A stretch of DNA of 62,976 nucleotides from an uncultured Ilumatobacteraceae bacterium (lineage in GTDB: Bacteria > Actinomycetota > Acidimicrobiia > Acidimicrobiales > Ilumatobacteraceae), in contig CAYMUC010000002.1 of the NCBI GenBank assembly GCA_964393535.1, forward strand, positions 1-62,976. The letters run 5' to 3'. Of this stretch, positions 26,560 to 37,364 are shown in pieces. The notes under the pieces are model-generated. The model was given only the letters and a program-made list of their open reading frames with translations. It had not been told where the DNA came from and made no database searches. Every line of letters begins with the position of its first letter. Position 1 is the first letter of the stretch. Made by a program: the position numbers and the translations under genes.

Positions 26560-27614
26560 GCTGTCACGTTAGCGAGCGCCTGGGCCAGGTCGCCCCACAG
26601 GTCCTCGGGGTCCTCGATGCCCACGCTGAGACGGATCAGTCCCGGGTCCACTCCCGCATCGCCGGGGTATTTCTGGCGCCGCTCGAGCGTGGTCTCCACC
26701 CCACCCAGGCTGGTGGCGTGGACCGCCAGGCGCACTGCGGCGCACACGGCGTCTGCCGCCGGTGCCCCGCCGTGCATGATGACCGCCAGCATGGCACCGT
26801 GGCCCGGGTCGCGCACCTCGCGCACCGCCGGATGTGCAGCCAGGCGCTGCGACAGCAACCGAGCGGTGGCCGATGCGGCGACCAGTCGCAGTGGCAACGT
26901 GCGCAAGCCACGCAGAGCCAGGTACGCCTCCAAGGCTCCCGGAGTGGCGCCGTTCAGCGTGCGGGCCTTCACGAGGCGCTCGGCGATGTCGTCGTGGCGT
27001 GTGGTGGCCAACCCGGCCAACAGGTCGCTGTGACCACCGATCATCTTGGTGGCGGCATGGATCACCACGTCGGCGCCCTCCCGCAAGGGTTGACAACCCA
27101 ACGGCGTGGCGAACGTGGCGTCCACCACCACCTTGGTGGCGGCGGGGCGCTGGGCGACGATGGCCGCCAGATCGGCCTCGTCGAGGGTGGGATTGGTGGG
27201 GGTTTCCACCCACACGACGTCGGCTCCCTCGGCCGCTTCGAGCACCGCCGCGGTGTCGGTGATGTCCACGGTTCGCACCGTCACGTGTCCCAGCCGTTCG
27301 GATTCGGCCAACAACGCCCGTACACCGAGGTAACTCACATCGGGCAGTACCACCACCCTGGGCGCCAGGGCCCACAGCACCGCCGAGGCCGCCGCCATGC
27401 CACTGGCATACGACACGCAACGGCCACCCTCGAGATCGCCGATGGCAGTTTCGAGCGCCGCCCAGGTGGGGGTGCCATGAGTACGCGTGTAGTCACCCTC
27501 GGCGCTGCGGTAGTTCGAGGCCAACACCACGGGGGTGTTCAGCGGCTCACCGGCAGCGGTGGGACGACCCGCCACCACGGCACGAGTGCGAAGGGTCCAG
27601 GTGGGTTCGGTCAC
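26556..27614 (-). CDS. Cys/Met-metabolism PLP enzyme (cystathionine gamma-synthase/lyase family)
   Basis: Trimmed to GTG 27614, a GTGA overlap with the upstream gene. About 352 aa. Blocks: YTRTHGTPTWAALETAIGDLEGG, VVVDATFATP, ATKMIGGHSD (PLP Lys), LGGVETTLE. Confidence 0.85.
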   Translation of the reverse strand: MTEPTWTLRTRAVVAGRPTAAGEPLNTPVVLASNYRSAEGDYTRTHGTPTWAALETAIGDLEGGRCVSYASGMAAASAVLWALAPRVVVLPDVSYLGVRALLAESERLGHVTVRTVDITDTAAVLEAAEGADVVWVETPTNPTLDEADLAAIVAQRPAATKVVVDATFATPLGCQPLREGADVVIHAATKMIGGHSDLLAGLATTRHDDIAERLVKARTLNGATPGALEAYLALRGLRTLPLRLVAASATARLLSQRLAAHPAVREVRDPGHGAMLAVIMHGGAPAADAVCAAVRLAVHATSLGGVETTLERRQKYPGDAGVDPGLIRLSVGIEDPEDLWGDLAQALANVTA

Positions 27615-28630
27615 GATGGCCAGCCTCCGTGGGTGAAGACCGACGGTAGACCACCGGTGTGGATCCACACGATGTCGCGGCCCGGACCGTGGCGCGCACC
27701 GTGTTCTGCGGCGATGGTCAACAGCCCGGCGAACCCTTTGCCCGTGTACACACGGTCCAACACCCAACCACCATGACGGGCCGCCCAGGCGATCGCTTCG
27801 TCGCCGGCAGGCGACGGCATCCCGTACTCGTCGCCCAGGAAACGGTCGTCCACCCGAGGTGCGGGGATGGGGTGGCCGGTGGCGCCCAGGCGATCCAGTC
27901 CGCCACATGCCAGGTCCAGCACCGCATCGCTGTGGTGCACGACGCCGCGGGCCACCGCGACGGCCACCACGTCGGGCACGTGGTGCCCCGAACCTCGAAG
28001 TAGGGCCTGGCCCGCCAGCAAACCTGCGTGGGTGCCGCCGCTGGACGTGGTCACCACCACCAGATCGGGGGCGATGCCTGCGGCGTCGCACTGATCGGCC
28101 AACTCCACCATGGCGAGGGCGTAGCCCAGCGCTCCCACCGGTGTGGAACCGCCGATGGGAATGGACACCGGACGACGCCCCTGCGCCACAAGCGCCTCGG
28201 TGAGTTCCTCACGGGCGATCTCCAGCGCCCCCCATTCGTGGTCGCCGGCACCGGTGAAATGCATCTGGGCACCGAAACCACGGGCCAGCAGCTGATTGCC
28301 GGTGTACGCCCCCGGGGCAGGAGCCTCGCCCGACAACACCAGGTGCACCTCGAGACCCAGCACGGCGCCTGCTGCAGCCGTCATACGGCAGTGATTCGAC
28401 TGGGCGGCGCCCACGGTGACGAGCGTGTCGGCGCCAGACGCCAATGCCTCCCCGCACAGGAAGTCGAGTTTGCGCACCTTGTTGCCACCGGCGCCCAGAC
28501 CCGTGAGGTCATCGCGTTTCACCCAGAGCCGGGACCCACCCGGCAACTGCGGGCCGCGCTCCAACGGGGTGGGCAACAGCGCCAGGTGGGCGCGAGGCAC
28601 CCTGTGGAACAGGTCGTTCAGCGGCGACAC
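27611..28630 (-). CDS. D-cysteine desulfhydrase / ACC-deaminase family PLP enzyme
   Basis: Trimmed to GTG 28630. Blocks: LLPTPLERGPQL, LWVKRDDLTGLGAGGNKVRKLDF, GAAQSNHCR. Confidence 0.8.
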   Translation of the reverse strand: MSPLNDLFHRVPRAHLALLPTPLERGPQLPGGSRLWVKRDDLTGLGAGGNKVRKLDFLCGEALASGADTLVTVGAAQSNHCRMTAAAGAVLGLEVHLVLSGEAPAPGAYTGNQLLARGFGAQMHFTGAGDHEWGALEIAREELTEALVAQGRRPVSIPIGGSTPVGALGYALAMVELADQCDAAGIAPDLVVVTTSSGGTHAGLLAGQALLRGSGHHVPDVVAVAVARGVVHHSDAVLDLACGGLDRLGATGHPIPAPRVDDRFLGDEYGMPSPAGDEAIAWAARHGGWVLDRVYTGKGFAGLLTIAAEHGARHGPGRDIVWIHTGGLPSVFTHGGWPS

Positions 28631-28683
28631 GTCCGTGACTGTAGGGCGCAGTGCCGTGCCCTCGACGCCTAACGTGCGTACCG

Positions 28684-29346
28684 ATGCCCCGAACCGACTG
28701 GAACCCGGTGCTGGCCCCCGAACTCGCGCAGCCCTATTGGGCTGACCTGCAGGATTTCGTGGCTGGCGAACGGGCTGCCGGTCCGGTGTATCCGCCACCC
28801 GACGAGGTCTTTGCCGCACTCCACCTCACCCCGTATGCCGACACCCGGGTGATGATCCTGGGCCAGGACCCCTACCACGGGCCTGGCCAGGCGCATGGCC
28901 TGTGCTTCTCGGTGCGGCGCGGCGTTCCGGTGCCGCCGTCGCTGGGGAACATCTTCAAGGAGTTACGCAGCGACCTGGGGGTGGACCCGCCAGGGCACGG
29001 CTGTCTGGAGGTATGGGCCCGCCAAGGGGTGTTGTTGCTGAACGCCACGCTGACCGTACGTGGCGGTGCGGCCGCCTCGCATCAGGGCAAGGGATGGGAA
29101 CGCTTCACCGATCAGGTGATCCGGGCGGTGAACGCCAAGGACACCCCCGTGGTGTTCGTGTTGTGGGGGGCCTCGGCGCGTCGCAAGCGCGAGCTCATCG
29201 ACACCAGTCGCCACACCGTCATCGAGTCGGCCCACCCGTCCCCGCTGTCGGCCTCGAACGGCTTCTTCGGCTCGCGCCCGTTCTCACGTATCAACGCCGC
29301 GCTCGAGGCGGCCGGGCATGCGCCCATCGACTGGCGACTGGACTGA
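28684..29346 (+). CDS. ung: Uracil-DNA glycosylase (family 1)
   Basis: Trimmed to ATG 28684. Blocks: VMILGQDPYHGPGQAHGLCFSV, GVLLLNATLTV, HPSPLSA. Confidence 0.92.
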   Translation: MPRTDWNPVLAPELAQPYWADLQDFVAGERAAGPVYPPPDEVFAALHLTPYADTRVMILGQDPYHGPGQAHGLCFSVRRGVPVPPSLGNIFKELRSDLGVDPPGHGCLEVWARQGVLLLNATLTVRGGAAASHQGKGWERFTDQVIRAVNAKDTPVVFVLWGASARRKRELIDTSRHTVIESAHPSPLSASNGFFGSRPFSRINAALEAAGHAPIDWRLD

Positions 29347-29358
29347 GGCGTCGCCCGG

Positions 29359-29919
29359 TCAGCTCCGTGATCGACCAGCAAGACAACTCAGGCTCACGTG
29401 GTGGCTGCGCTCCTCAGGGCGAGCGATGCACTGGTGCCCAGTGGGATCACCCGCAGCGGCCGCCGCCGCATGGGCGACCTTCACCGCCTCGGCCTCGGGC
29501 AGGCAGTACCGAGTCGTGACTTGGGTCTCGGCGTCGGGGAACGTGCAGTGCACCACACTCAGCACACAGTGCATATCGTCCGCCAGACAGACATCAGGCG
29601 GGTCGACGAAAACATCGGTGGGGCCGAGGTAGATGTGGCCAGGCTTGAAGTGCTTGGCCGCCATGACCATCACGTTCTCGTCACCGTCGGGGCAGGCCGT
29701 GTCGGCGGTGGTGCAGAGGTGTGCCAGCACCGCAACCGTTTCGAAGCCGTCATGGTCGATCTCGTCGACCACCACATGCTGCATGCGGTTGAAGAGGTCG
29801 CCCGATGGTGTCTGCGGGGCCGGGGCCGACGTGGGGGTGGTGGTCGCATCGTCGGAGCAGGCTGCGGCCACCAACACCACGGTGGCCGCCAGCGCGGTGA
29901 AGCGGGCGAGACGGCTCAC
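29359..29919 (-). CDS. Cys/His-rich lipoprotein of unknown function
   Basis: The 3' part of track ORF 29359..30441, starting at GTG 29919 (GTGA overlap with the upstream gene). Lipobox LVAAAC/SDD, then a Thr/Pro linker and a domain with about 8 Cys and many His/Asp. Confidence 0.55.
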   Translation of the reverse strand: MSRLARFTALAATVVLVAAACSDDATTTPTSAPAPQTPSGDLFNRMQHVVVDEIDHDGFETVAVLAHLCTTADTACPDGDENVMVMAAKHFKPGHIYLGPTDVFVDPPDVCLADDMHCVLSVVHCTFPDAETQVTTRYCLPEAEAVKVAHAAAAAAGDPTGHQCIARPEERSHHVSLSCLAGRSRS

Positions 29920-30731
29920 GGTGCGATCACCAACATGATGAACGCGAACTCGATCCCGGCCTGCAAGAAGTCGCCCCCGATCTCGGTGAGGCTGTGCATC
30001 ATCCCCTCCTCGAACTCTTCCCAGTCGTTCTTGTCCTGTTCGGACAGGACGGTCTGCGACATCGCGTTTCCGTAGCCCGCTGCACCCATGGCGGTTCCCT
30101 GGCCGTTGGTGTTCACGCTGTAGCCGTCCCAGTACAGGGGGCCGTTGGCGATGTAGAACGACAGCAGTCGGTACTCGAGGGACTGGTGGTCCATGTCCCG
30201 GATGTGCAGGCTGTTGTCGCTCCACAACTGCAGAGGGGTGTAGTACGCCAACGACGCGGCCTGACAGCGCCCAGAGCACTGCTGCTGCATGAGGCGCAGA
30301 TGGCTGGCGAACGACGGGTCGCTCTGCAACGGGAAACTGTCCCACAGGCTGGGATGCGTGTAGGTGATGACGTTTGACATGCCTGCCGTGCCATTGCACA
30401 CGTTGCCCACGTAGCCGGAGTTGCCCCCGGTGGTGTTCCACGTGTCACCCCAGGGGGTCATGATCACCCCGACCGCGCCAGGGGGCAGCCCCCCGAACCC
30501 ACCGAAGCTTTGGGTATCGGTACCCACGCAGGCGAAGAAGCCGATGATGCATTCCTGCTGGTTCGAGTGGTTGCTGTAGATGCCCACGGAACCGGTGCTG
30601 TGGCAGGCGTTCACGTCCTGGGTGTAGGTGTCGGGCTGCGCCGCCACCGGAGCGGGCTCGGCATCGGCAAGGAACACCGTCGAGGCGGCAGCTACCAGAC
30701 CGACTGCCAGGAGTGCGGTTCGTCGTCGCAT
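29916..30731 (-). CDS. Secreted protein of unknown function, compositionally atypical
   Basis: Trimmed to ATG 30731 (MRRRTALLAVGLVAAASTVFLADA signal peptide). Rich in N/Q/S/Y/W/G with several Cys and a hydrophobic C-terminus (FAFIMLVIAP). I recognised no family. Confidence 0.55.
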   Translation of the reverse strand: MRRRTALLAVGLVAAASTVFLADAEPAPVAAQPDTYTQDVNACHSTGSVGIYSNHSNQQECIIGFFACVGTDTQSFGGFGGLPPGAVGVIMTPWGDTWNTTGGNSGYVGNVCNGTAGMSNVITYTHPSLWDSFPLQSDPSFASHLRLMQQQCSGRCQAASLAYYTPLQLWSDNSLHIRDMDHQSLEYRLLSFYIANGPLYWDGYSVNTNGQGTAMGAAGYGNAMSQTVLSEQDKNDWEEFEEGMMHSLTEIGGDFLQAGIEFAFIMLVIAP

Positions 30732-30780
30732 GGGAGCGAACCTAGGAACCCGGTGAGCACCGCAACGATGGGTCGCCGGA

Positions 30781-33657
30781 TCATTTGGACGATGTGGCCG
30801 GTTTCTTGGACGGTGCCACCAGACCCCGCCACTCGGCCTCGGCCACGGCATCGTGGCGGCTGTCGGCACCCAGCCGGTCGTAGATGATCGTCACCTCGCC
30901 CCGTACGGTTCCGTGGCTGTAGCCGATACGGTCGGCGATCTGCTGGTAGGTAGCGCCGTCGGCCAGACCCTGCAGAACAGCTCGTTGCCGCAACGACAGC
31001 GGCACATCCCTGAGCCCCACACCCAGACGACGAGCCCGGCTGGAGACGAAGTGCAGTCCCCGCTCGTCGGCCTGGCCGGCGAGGTCCTGAGCCTGGCGGC
31101 GCAGATCGACCTCGTCGAGCGCATGTCGCCGCGCCTCCAGCAAGGCCAGTCGGGCCGTGAGTGCAGCCCGCACGAAGCCGGCACGGTCGTTCCACCGAGA
31201 CGCCGCCTCCAGCGATGCCATCCCCGCCTCCGAGTCACCCACCAGCACCTGCAACATGCCCACGAACATGGCCTGGTGCCCCAAACAGATGATGCCGCTG
31301 CTTTCGCGCGCCACATGGTGGCGTACTTCGTGGGCGTGGACCAGCAGTCGTTCCGCCAACGCCACATCGCCCACGGCAGCCACCGCCGACGCCGCGAAGG
31401 CCACGGTGATGGACCAGTTCTGCTCACGTGACTCCCGACTGCCCAGGTGGCTCACCAGGTCCGCCAACACCCGCCGGTCGACAACTGCACCGGTCACGTT
31501 GCCCCGCTGCAGTTCCCCGAGGAGGTACAGCACGCCAGCCAGCAGCGGTGGGTGGCTCACGCTGTCCAGACGATCGCGCAACGCCAGCACGGTGGCGATG
31601 TCATCCAGACGGTCCAGCGCGAACAGGGTGCGCTGCTCCAGGCGCACGATGACAGCAGTGGGCTCGCCGGCCATCACCCCGTAACGGCCGGCGGTGTCGC
31701 TGGCCACCTCGGCTGACGCCGGCAGACCCGCCACGGCATCGAGCGTGGCGGTGGTGTAGGCGTAGCGCCAGCGCACCGACGGGTCACCGGTGGTGGCGGC
31801 CAGATCGGCCAGTTCGCCCAGCGCGATGCGCATGTCCGCCAGTGCTCCCGCCTCCAGCGCATCGAGTACTGCGGCGTGCACGGCCCGAGCGTGTGGTGAT
31901 CGACCGATCAGGGTTCGCCGGGCCCGTTCGGCGCGATCGCGCCGCTCGCTGGTGTGGTCGGGAGCCATGTGGGTGGCGCGCCACACCAGACCGCTCAACG
32001 CCTGCAGCACGGGATCGCCCACCTGACGGGCCAGGCGTTCGGCCTCCACAGCACGGGTCTGGGCCACCTCAGGTCGGGTCACCCAGTGCCATCGGACCGC
32101 GTCGACCACCTCGAGTTGCTGGGCGTCCAGGGGCACCGGTGGACGAGGACCGGTCACCGGCATGGTCATCTCGAGCGTGGCCAGAGCTGCCAGCACCTCC
32201 ACCAGCCGACGCCGACCGGCATCGGTGTCGAGAGGCTCCAGCACTTCACGCGCCCGGTGCAGCAAGGCCACGGCGCCCGACGCTTCGCCGTGGAAATCGG
32301 CCCCATCGGCTGCGATCAACGCTGCGCGCGCCAGGGTGTCCGCATCGCCGGTGGCGCCTTCGTCGACCACTTTCCATGCCAGCGCCCGGGCCCGCTGCCT
32401 GTCACCGGCACGATGCCACGCCTCTGCGGCGTGCAAGGCGTCGACAGCCGACCCTGCACCCTCGGCCAGCACGATGTCCCAGGCTTCGGCGGCCGCACGG
32501 ATGTCGCCTCGGCGCTCGGCCCGGTCGACGACCTGCAGCGCTGTCCGACGTCGCTGGTCAGGAGGGAACACCACCCCCGCGCGCACCATGTGGGTGAGGA
32601 CGGTTCGAGGGTCGGCACCAGCCGCCGCCAGGCAACGAGCCAGACGTTCCTGCATGAACGGATCAAGCGGCCCGTCCAGGGCCAGGCGTGCCTCGGCAAG
32701 CGCCGGATGCGTCACGCTCACCTCACCGGTGTCGGCCGACCACGCCACGAACCCGTGTGCTGCCAGACGATCAAAGGCCCCCCACGGAAGCTCGCTGCCC
32801 AACACCTCAGCGATCAACGCCGTGGTGGCTCGCGTGCCGAGTTCGATGGTCATGGCCAGGACCGCACGATCCTGTGGCGACAGGGCCTCGAGTTCGCGTC
32901 TCCAACGGTCCACGACCGAGGCACCGGTAGATGCCTCCTCCACCGACGACACATCGGGCGGTGGCGATCCCACGGGCCAGCACTCGTTCAGCAGTCGCTC
33001 CAGCAACAGTGGGGTGCCGCCCGACTCGTGCGCAAACGCATCGACCAGCGCCTCGGGAATCACCACACCGCCGGCCTGCTGGGTCAGCCGGAGGCGCACC
33101 TCATGGCGGTCGAACGACTTCAACACATGCACATGAGCCTGCGACTCGATGGCCCTGTGCGCCGCCCGACCCAGTTCGTCGGCCACAGCATCGGCACCAC
33201 GGCTGGTGGCGATCAGCGTGGCGCCCGTGGCCGACAACATGGGCGCCACGTGGGCCAGCAGCGTCAACGAGTCGGGATCGGCTGCGTGGAGGTCGTCGAA
33301 CACCACGGGCGTGGCACCCTGCGCAGCGAGGCCACGCAGCAGGCGGACCACGGTGGCCAACCGTTCGTTGGCGGTCAGATGGCGAGGTTCTCCGAGGTCA
33401 TCGTTGACCGCAAGTGCCGCCAAACGTGACCACAGGCCCAGTGGCGGTTCCAGATCGGGGTGGGTGGCCCGCACCATGAGGCCACCGGTGGGCAGCAGTC
33501 GTTGCCGCAGCACACGCGCCAGCGTCGACTTGCCGATGCCCGAGGGCCCCACGAGCAGCAACACACCCCCGCCAGCGGCGGCGAGCGAACGGATGATGGC
33601 CGTGCATTCACTGATGTCACCGCGCTCGACCACGGGGGTCGACGACTGAGGTCGCAT
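30781..33657 (-). CDS. LAL/MalT-type LuxR-family regulator (N-terminal AAA ATPase, TPR-like middle, C-terminal LuxR HTH)
   Basis: Trimmed to ATG 33657, a TGATG overlap with the aguA stop. Walker A (LLLVGPSGIGKSTLARVL). C-terminal HTH: LSLRQRAVLQGLADGATYQQIADRIGYSHGTVRGEV. Confidence 0.85.
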   Translation of the reverse strand: MRPQSSTPVVERGDISECTAIIRSLAAAGGGVLLLVGPSGIGKSTLARVLRQRLLPTGGLMVRATHPDLEPPLGLWSRLAALAVNDDLGEPRHLTANERLATVVRLLRGLAAQGATPVVFDDLHAADPDSLTLLAHVAPMLSATGATLIATSRGADAVADELGRAAHRAIESQAHVHVLKSFDRHEVRLRLTQQAGGVVIPEALVDAFAHESGGTPLLLERLLNECWPVGSPPPDVSSVEEASTGASVVDRWRRELEALSPQDRAVLAMTIELGTRATTALIAEVLGSELPWGAFDRLAAHGFVAWSADTGEVSVTHPALAEARLALDGPLDPFMQERLARCLAAAGADPRTVLTHMVRAGVVFPPDQRRRTALQVVDRAERRGDIRAAAEAWDIVLAEGAGSAVDALHAAEAWHRAGDRQRARALAWKVVDEGATGDADTLARAALIAADGADFHGEASGAVALLHRAREVLEPLDTDAGRRRLVEVLAALATLEMTMPVTGPRPPVPLDAQQLEVVDAVRWHWVTRPEVAQTRAVEAERLARQVGDPVLQALSGLVWRATHMAPDHTSERRDRAERARRTLIGRSPHARAVHAAVLDALEAGALADMRIALGELADLAATTGDPSVRWRYAYTTATLDAVAGLPASAEVASDTAGRYGVMAGEPTAVIVRLEQRTLFALDRLDDIATVLALRDRLDSVSHPPLLAGVLYLLGELQRGNVTGAVVDRRVLADLVSHLGSRESREQNWSITVAFAASAVAAVGDVALAERLLVHAHEVRHHVARESSGIICLGHQAMFVGMLQVLVGDSEAGMASLEAASRWNDRAGFVRAALTARLALLEARRHALDEVDLRRQAQDLAGQADERGLHFVSSRARRLGVGLRDVPLSLRQRAVLQGLADGATYQQIADRIGYSHGTVRGEVTIIYDRLGADSRHDAVAEAEWRGLVAPSKKPATSSK

Positions 33658-34675
33658 CACACCGCTGGTACCTGCTGGGTGATGCAATGGATTCCCCCGC
33701 CTCCGTGCGCCAGCACACCGCCCACGTCCAGTCCCACCACCTCTCTGTCGGGGAACTCCTCGGCCAGCATCTCGAGAATGTCGTCATCGGCCTCGTGGCC
33801 GGTCACGGGCACCAGCACGGCCCCGTTCAACACGTAGAAGTTGAGGTAGGGCACCGGACGACGGAAGCCACCGACCTCCACGAAGGGCAGCACCGGGATC
33901 TCGATGGCCTCCACGGGCACACCACGGGCGTCACGCCACCGCTCCGCCATACGCCGGTTCACGTCCAGTCGCACGGTGTCGGGTTCGTCGGGATCACCAC
34001 ATCCCTGCAGCAACAGTCGACCCGGTTCGCAGAAGGCCGCCACGTTGTCCACATGGCCGTCGGTGTCGTCGTCGTCGACGAGACCATGAGGCAGCCACAG
34101 CACGGCATCGGCGCCGAGGTACTCGAGGAACAGTGCCTCGAGATCCACCCGCGTGAGGGCCGGGTTGCGGTTCGGGTGCATGAGGCACTGCACGGTCGTC
34201 ACCATGCTGCCCTCGCCGTCCACGTTGATCGACCCGCCCTCCAGCACCACGTCCACCGCCACACACGGCTCGTTGCGATGCTGCACCCACCGGCGCGTCA
34301 GTGCCGCATCGTCGGCGTAGGGCAGGTACTTGCCGCCCCAACTGTTGAACCGCCAATCGGCGACCACACGGCGCTGGTCGTCGAACACGTAGAGGGGTCC
34401 GTTGTCGCGCACCCACGAGTCGTCCACGGGAAGTTCCACGACGTCGATGGGATAGGGGGTGGAACCCTGGCCCGCGTCGCAGTAGGCGGCGGCTCGTTCT
34501 GCCAGTTCACCCGGACGGGCGATGACCGTGCACGGCTCGAACTGCGCCACCGCGAGGATCACCTCGCGGTACGCGGCCTCGGCATCGGCGCGAAATGGTC
34601 CCCACAGATCGTCTCGACAGGGCCAGGTGACCAAGGTCCGTTCGTGGGGCGCCCACTCGGCCGGCATACGCATAC

Positions 34676-34679
<4 letters not shown>
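33657..34679 (-). CDS. aguA: Agmatine deiminase
   Basis: Trimmed to ATG 34679, an ATGA overlap with the aguB stop. MPAEWAPHERTLVTWP at the N-terminus and GGGGIHCITQQVP at the C-terminus. Confidence 0.9.
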
Positions 34680-35572
<893 letters not shown>

Positions 35573-35631
35573 GACCTGAAATGGTAGGCGAGCCGCCGAT
35601 GAGGTCGGGGCGTAGCCCTGTCGCACCTGTC

Positions 35632-35949
35632 ATGGCCGACTACGGTGACGGCGTCATGAGCGACGACGCCACCCTCGCCGGCTACCGGGCCAGTATCGAC
35701 AACATCGACGCCGCCTTGGTGCATCTGTTGGCCGAGCGTTTCAAGATCACCCAGGCGGTGGGGCGCTACAAGGCGCAGGCCGGACTCCCGGCAGCCGACC
35801 CCTCGCGGGAGTCCCAGCAGGTAGAACGACTCAGGTCACTGGCCGAGTCGGCAGGCCTCGACCCCGGGTTCACCGAGAAGTTCCTGCGCTTCATCGTGGC
35901 CGAGGTGATCCAGCACCATCAGCAACTGGCCGACGAAGCCAAGCGCTGA
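35632..35949 (+). CDS. Chorismate mutase (AroQ class)
   Basis: LAGYRASIDNIDAALVHLLAERFKITQAVGRYK...REQQV-like block. Start is ATG 35632 or 35656. Confidence 0.85.
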   Translation: MADYGDGVMSDDATLAGYRASIDNIDAALVHLLAERFKITQAVGRYKAQAGLPAADPSRESQQVERLRSLAESAGLDPGFTEKFLRFIVAEVIQHHQQLADEAKR

Positions 35950-36479
35950 ACCGTCCAGCCCGTGGGTCGACCCTGGGAGTAGGGCATGACCCCGTGGAAC
36001 GCTCGTGGGTCCCCATCGAACACGAGGGGCACGAACCACCGGTCTCCCTCCCACATGGGTAACGCAGCCGCATGCCGCTGTTGATCGTCGGGTGAACACG
36101 CCTCGAGCAGCCTCGAACGATCGATCCAGTCGAGCGTGCCCTCGGGGTTCGACGACGGTGGCTTCCCAGTCCACCCGTCGACCAGGAACACGAACCCGAA
36201 CCAGTCCTCGCCATTGGCACCGAACCCCGGCCAGCTGATGGTGCCACGCAGCACCATCGACGTGACCTCGAGGTCGGCCTCTTCGCGGATCTCGCGTCGG
36301 ATGCCTTCGACGATGTCCTCGTGGGGCTCCAACTTCCCGCCCAGGCCGTTGTACTTCCCCAGGTGCTCGTCGTCGGGTCGGGCGTTGCGCAGCACCATCA
36401 ACACCTGGTCACGCTGACGGTCCCACAGGTAGGCCAGGGTGCCGAGTATGGGGGTGTAGGGGGTTCCCACACGGGTCAC
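35919..36479 (-). CDS. NUDIX hydrolase
   Basis: Trimmed to GTG 36479. Nudix box: GGKLEPHEDIVEGIRREIREEADL. Confidence 0.8.
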   Translation of the reverse strand: MTRVGTPYTPILGTLAYLWDRQRDQVLMVLRNARPDDEHLGKYNGLGGKLEPHEDIVEGIRREIREEADLEVTSMVLRGTISWPGFGANGEDWFGFVFLVDGWTGKPPSSNPEGTLDWIDRSRLLEACSPDDQQRHAAALPMWEGDRWFVPLVFDGDPRAFHGVMPYSQGRPTGWTVQRLASSASC

Positions 36480-36506
36480 CGTACCGGTCGGGTACCGTGC
36501 GCAGCG

Positions 36507-37364
36507 ATGTTGGGTTGTGTGGGTGACTTGCTCGATGATGTGGTGGTGCGCCGACTGGCTCCGCTGCGCCACGGTGCTGACACACCATCGCTCATCGCGC
36601 GGCGTCGGGGTGGCAGTGCGGCCAATGTGGCAGCCGCCGCTGCGCTGGCCGGCTACCGGTCGCGGTTCATCGGTCAGGTGGGCGACGATGCTGCCGGACG
36701 CATGTTGGTGACGGAGTTGGCAGCCCTGGGCGTGGACGTACGAGTGCGTCACCGTGGCCGCACCGGAACCGTGGTGGCACTGGTGGACGAGCGCGGCGAG
36801 CGGACCATGCTGACCGATCGCGGCACCGCCACCGACCTGGCGCTGGTCGAGGCAGCGTGGGCCACCGGCCTACACACCCTCCATGTCCCTCTGTACTCGT
36901 TGGCGGCGGAGCCACTGGCGACGTCGGCGCAGTCATTGGCCGAGATCGCCCGCCGGAGCGGGGCGATGATCTCGGTGGACCTCTCGTCGGTCACCGTGCT
37001 GGACGACCTGGGTGTGGACACCGTGGTGGAACTCCTGACGGCGTGGGTACCCGACATCGTGTTGGCGAACGACGACGAAGCGCAGCACCTCGGCGCGGCA
37101 GCACTGGCCCGCATCGCGCCGGGGATCCTGGTGGTGAAGCAGGGTGCAGCACCCGCCTTGGTGACCGTGCGCGATGAGGCGACCGCAGAAGTGCCGGTGC
37201 CCGAGGTGCTGGAACCGGGCGACACCACCGGTGCGGGTGACGCCTTCGCCGGCGGGTTCCTCCCCGCACTGGCGGGTGGTGTGTCGCCGGTGGAAGCGGC
37301 AGTGCGGGGCCACCGAGTAGCCGCCGCCCATCTGGCCAGGGTGACCGACGTTCACACCCCTTGA
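36507..37364 (+). CDS. PfkB-family carbohydrate/nucleoside kinase
   Basis: Trimmed to ATG 36507 (MLGCVGDLLDDVVV). GGSAANVA near the N-terminus and the PfkB signature DTTGAGDAFAGGFL near the C-terminus. Confidence 0.8.
   Translation: MLGCVGDLLDDVVVRRLAPLRHGADTPSLIARRRGGSAANVAAAAALAGYRSRFIGQVGDDAAGRMLVTELAALGVDVRVRHRGRTGTVVALVDERGERTMLTDRGTATDLALVEAAWATGLHTLHVPLYSLAAEPLATSAQSLAEIARRSGAMISVDLSSVTVLDDLGVDTVVELLTAWVPDIVLANDDEAQHLGAAALARIAPGILVVKQGAAPALVTVRDEATAEVPVPEVLEPGDTTGAGDAFAGGFLPALAGGVSPVEAAVRGHRVAAAHLARVTDVHTP

Noticed and set aside
26556-28091. Long N-terminal extensions in several track ORFs (26556..28091, 27611..28819, 38362..40803, 40587..42686, 42514..45024, 21891..23702, 54898..57102, 54952..58380, 17037..18203, 17576..19117, 29359..30441).
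   Set aside because: The extensions run through the preceding gene in another frame and are Arg/Pro/Gly-rich. Each gene has an internal ATG or GTG that creates a 1-4 nt overlap or short gap with its neighbour and restores a family-typical N-terminus and length.
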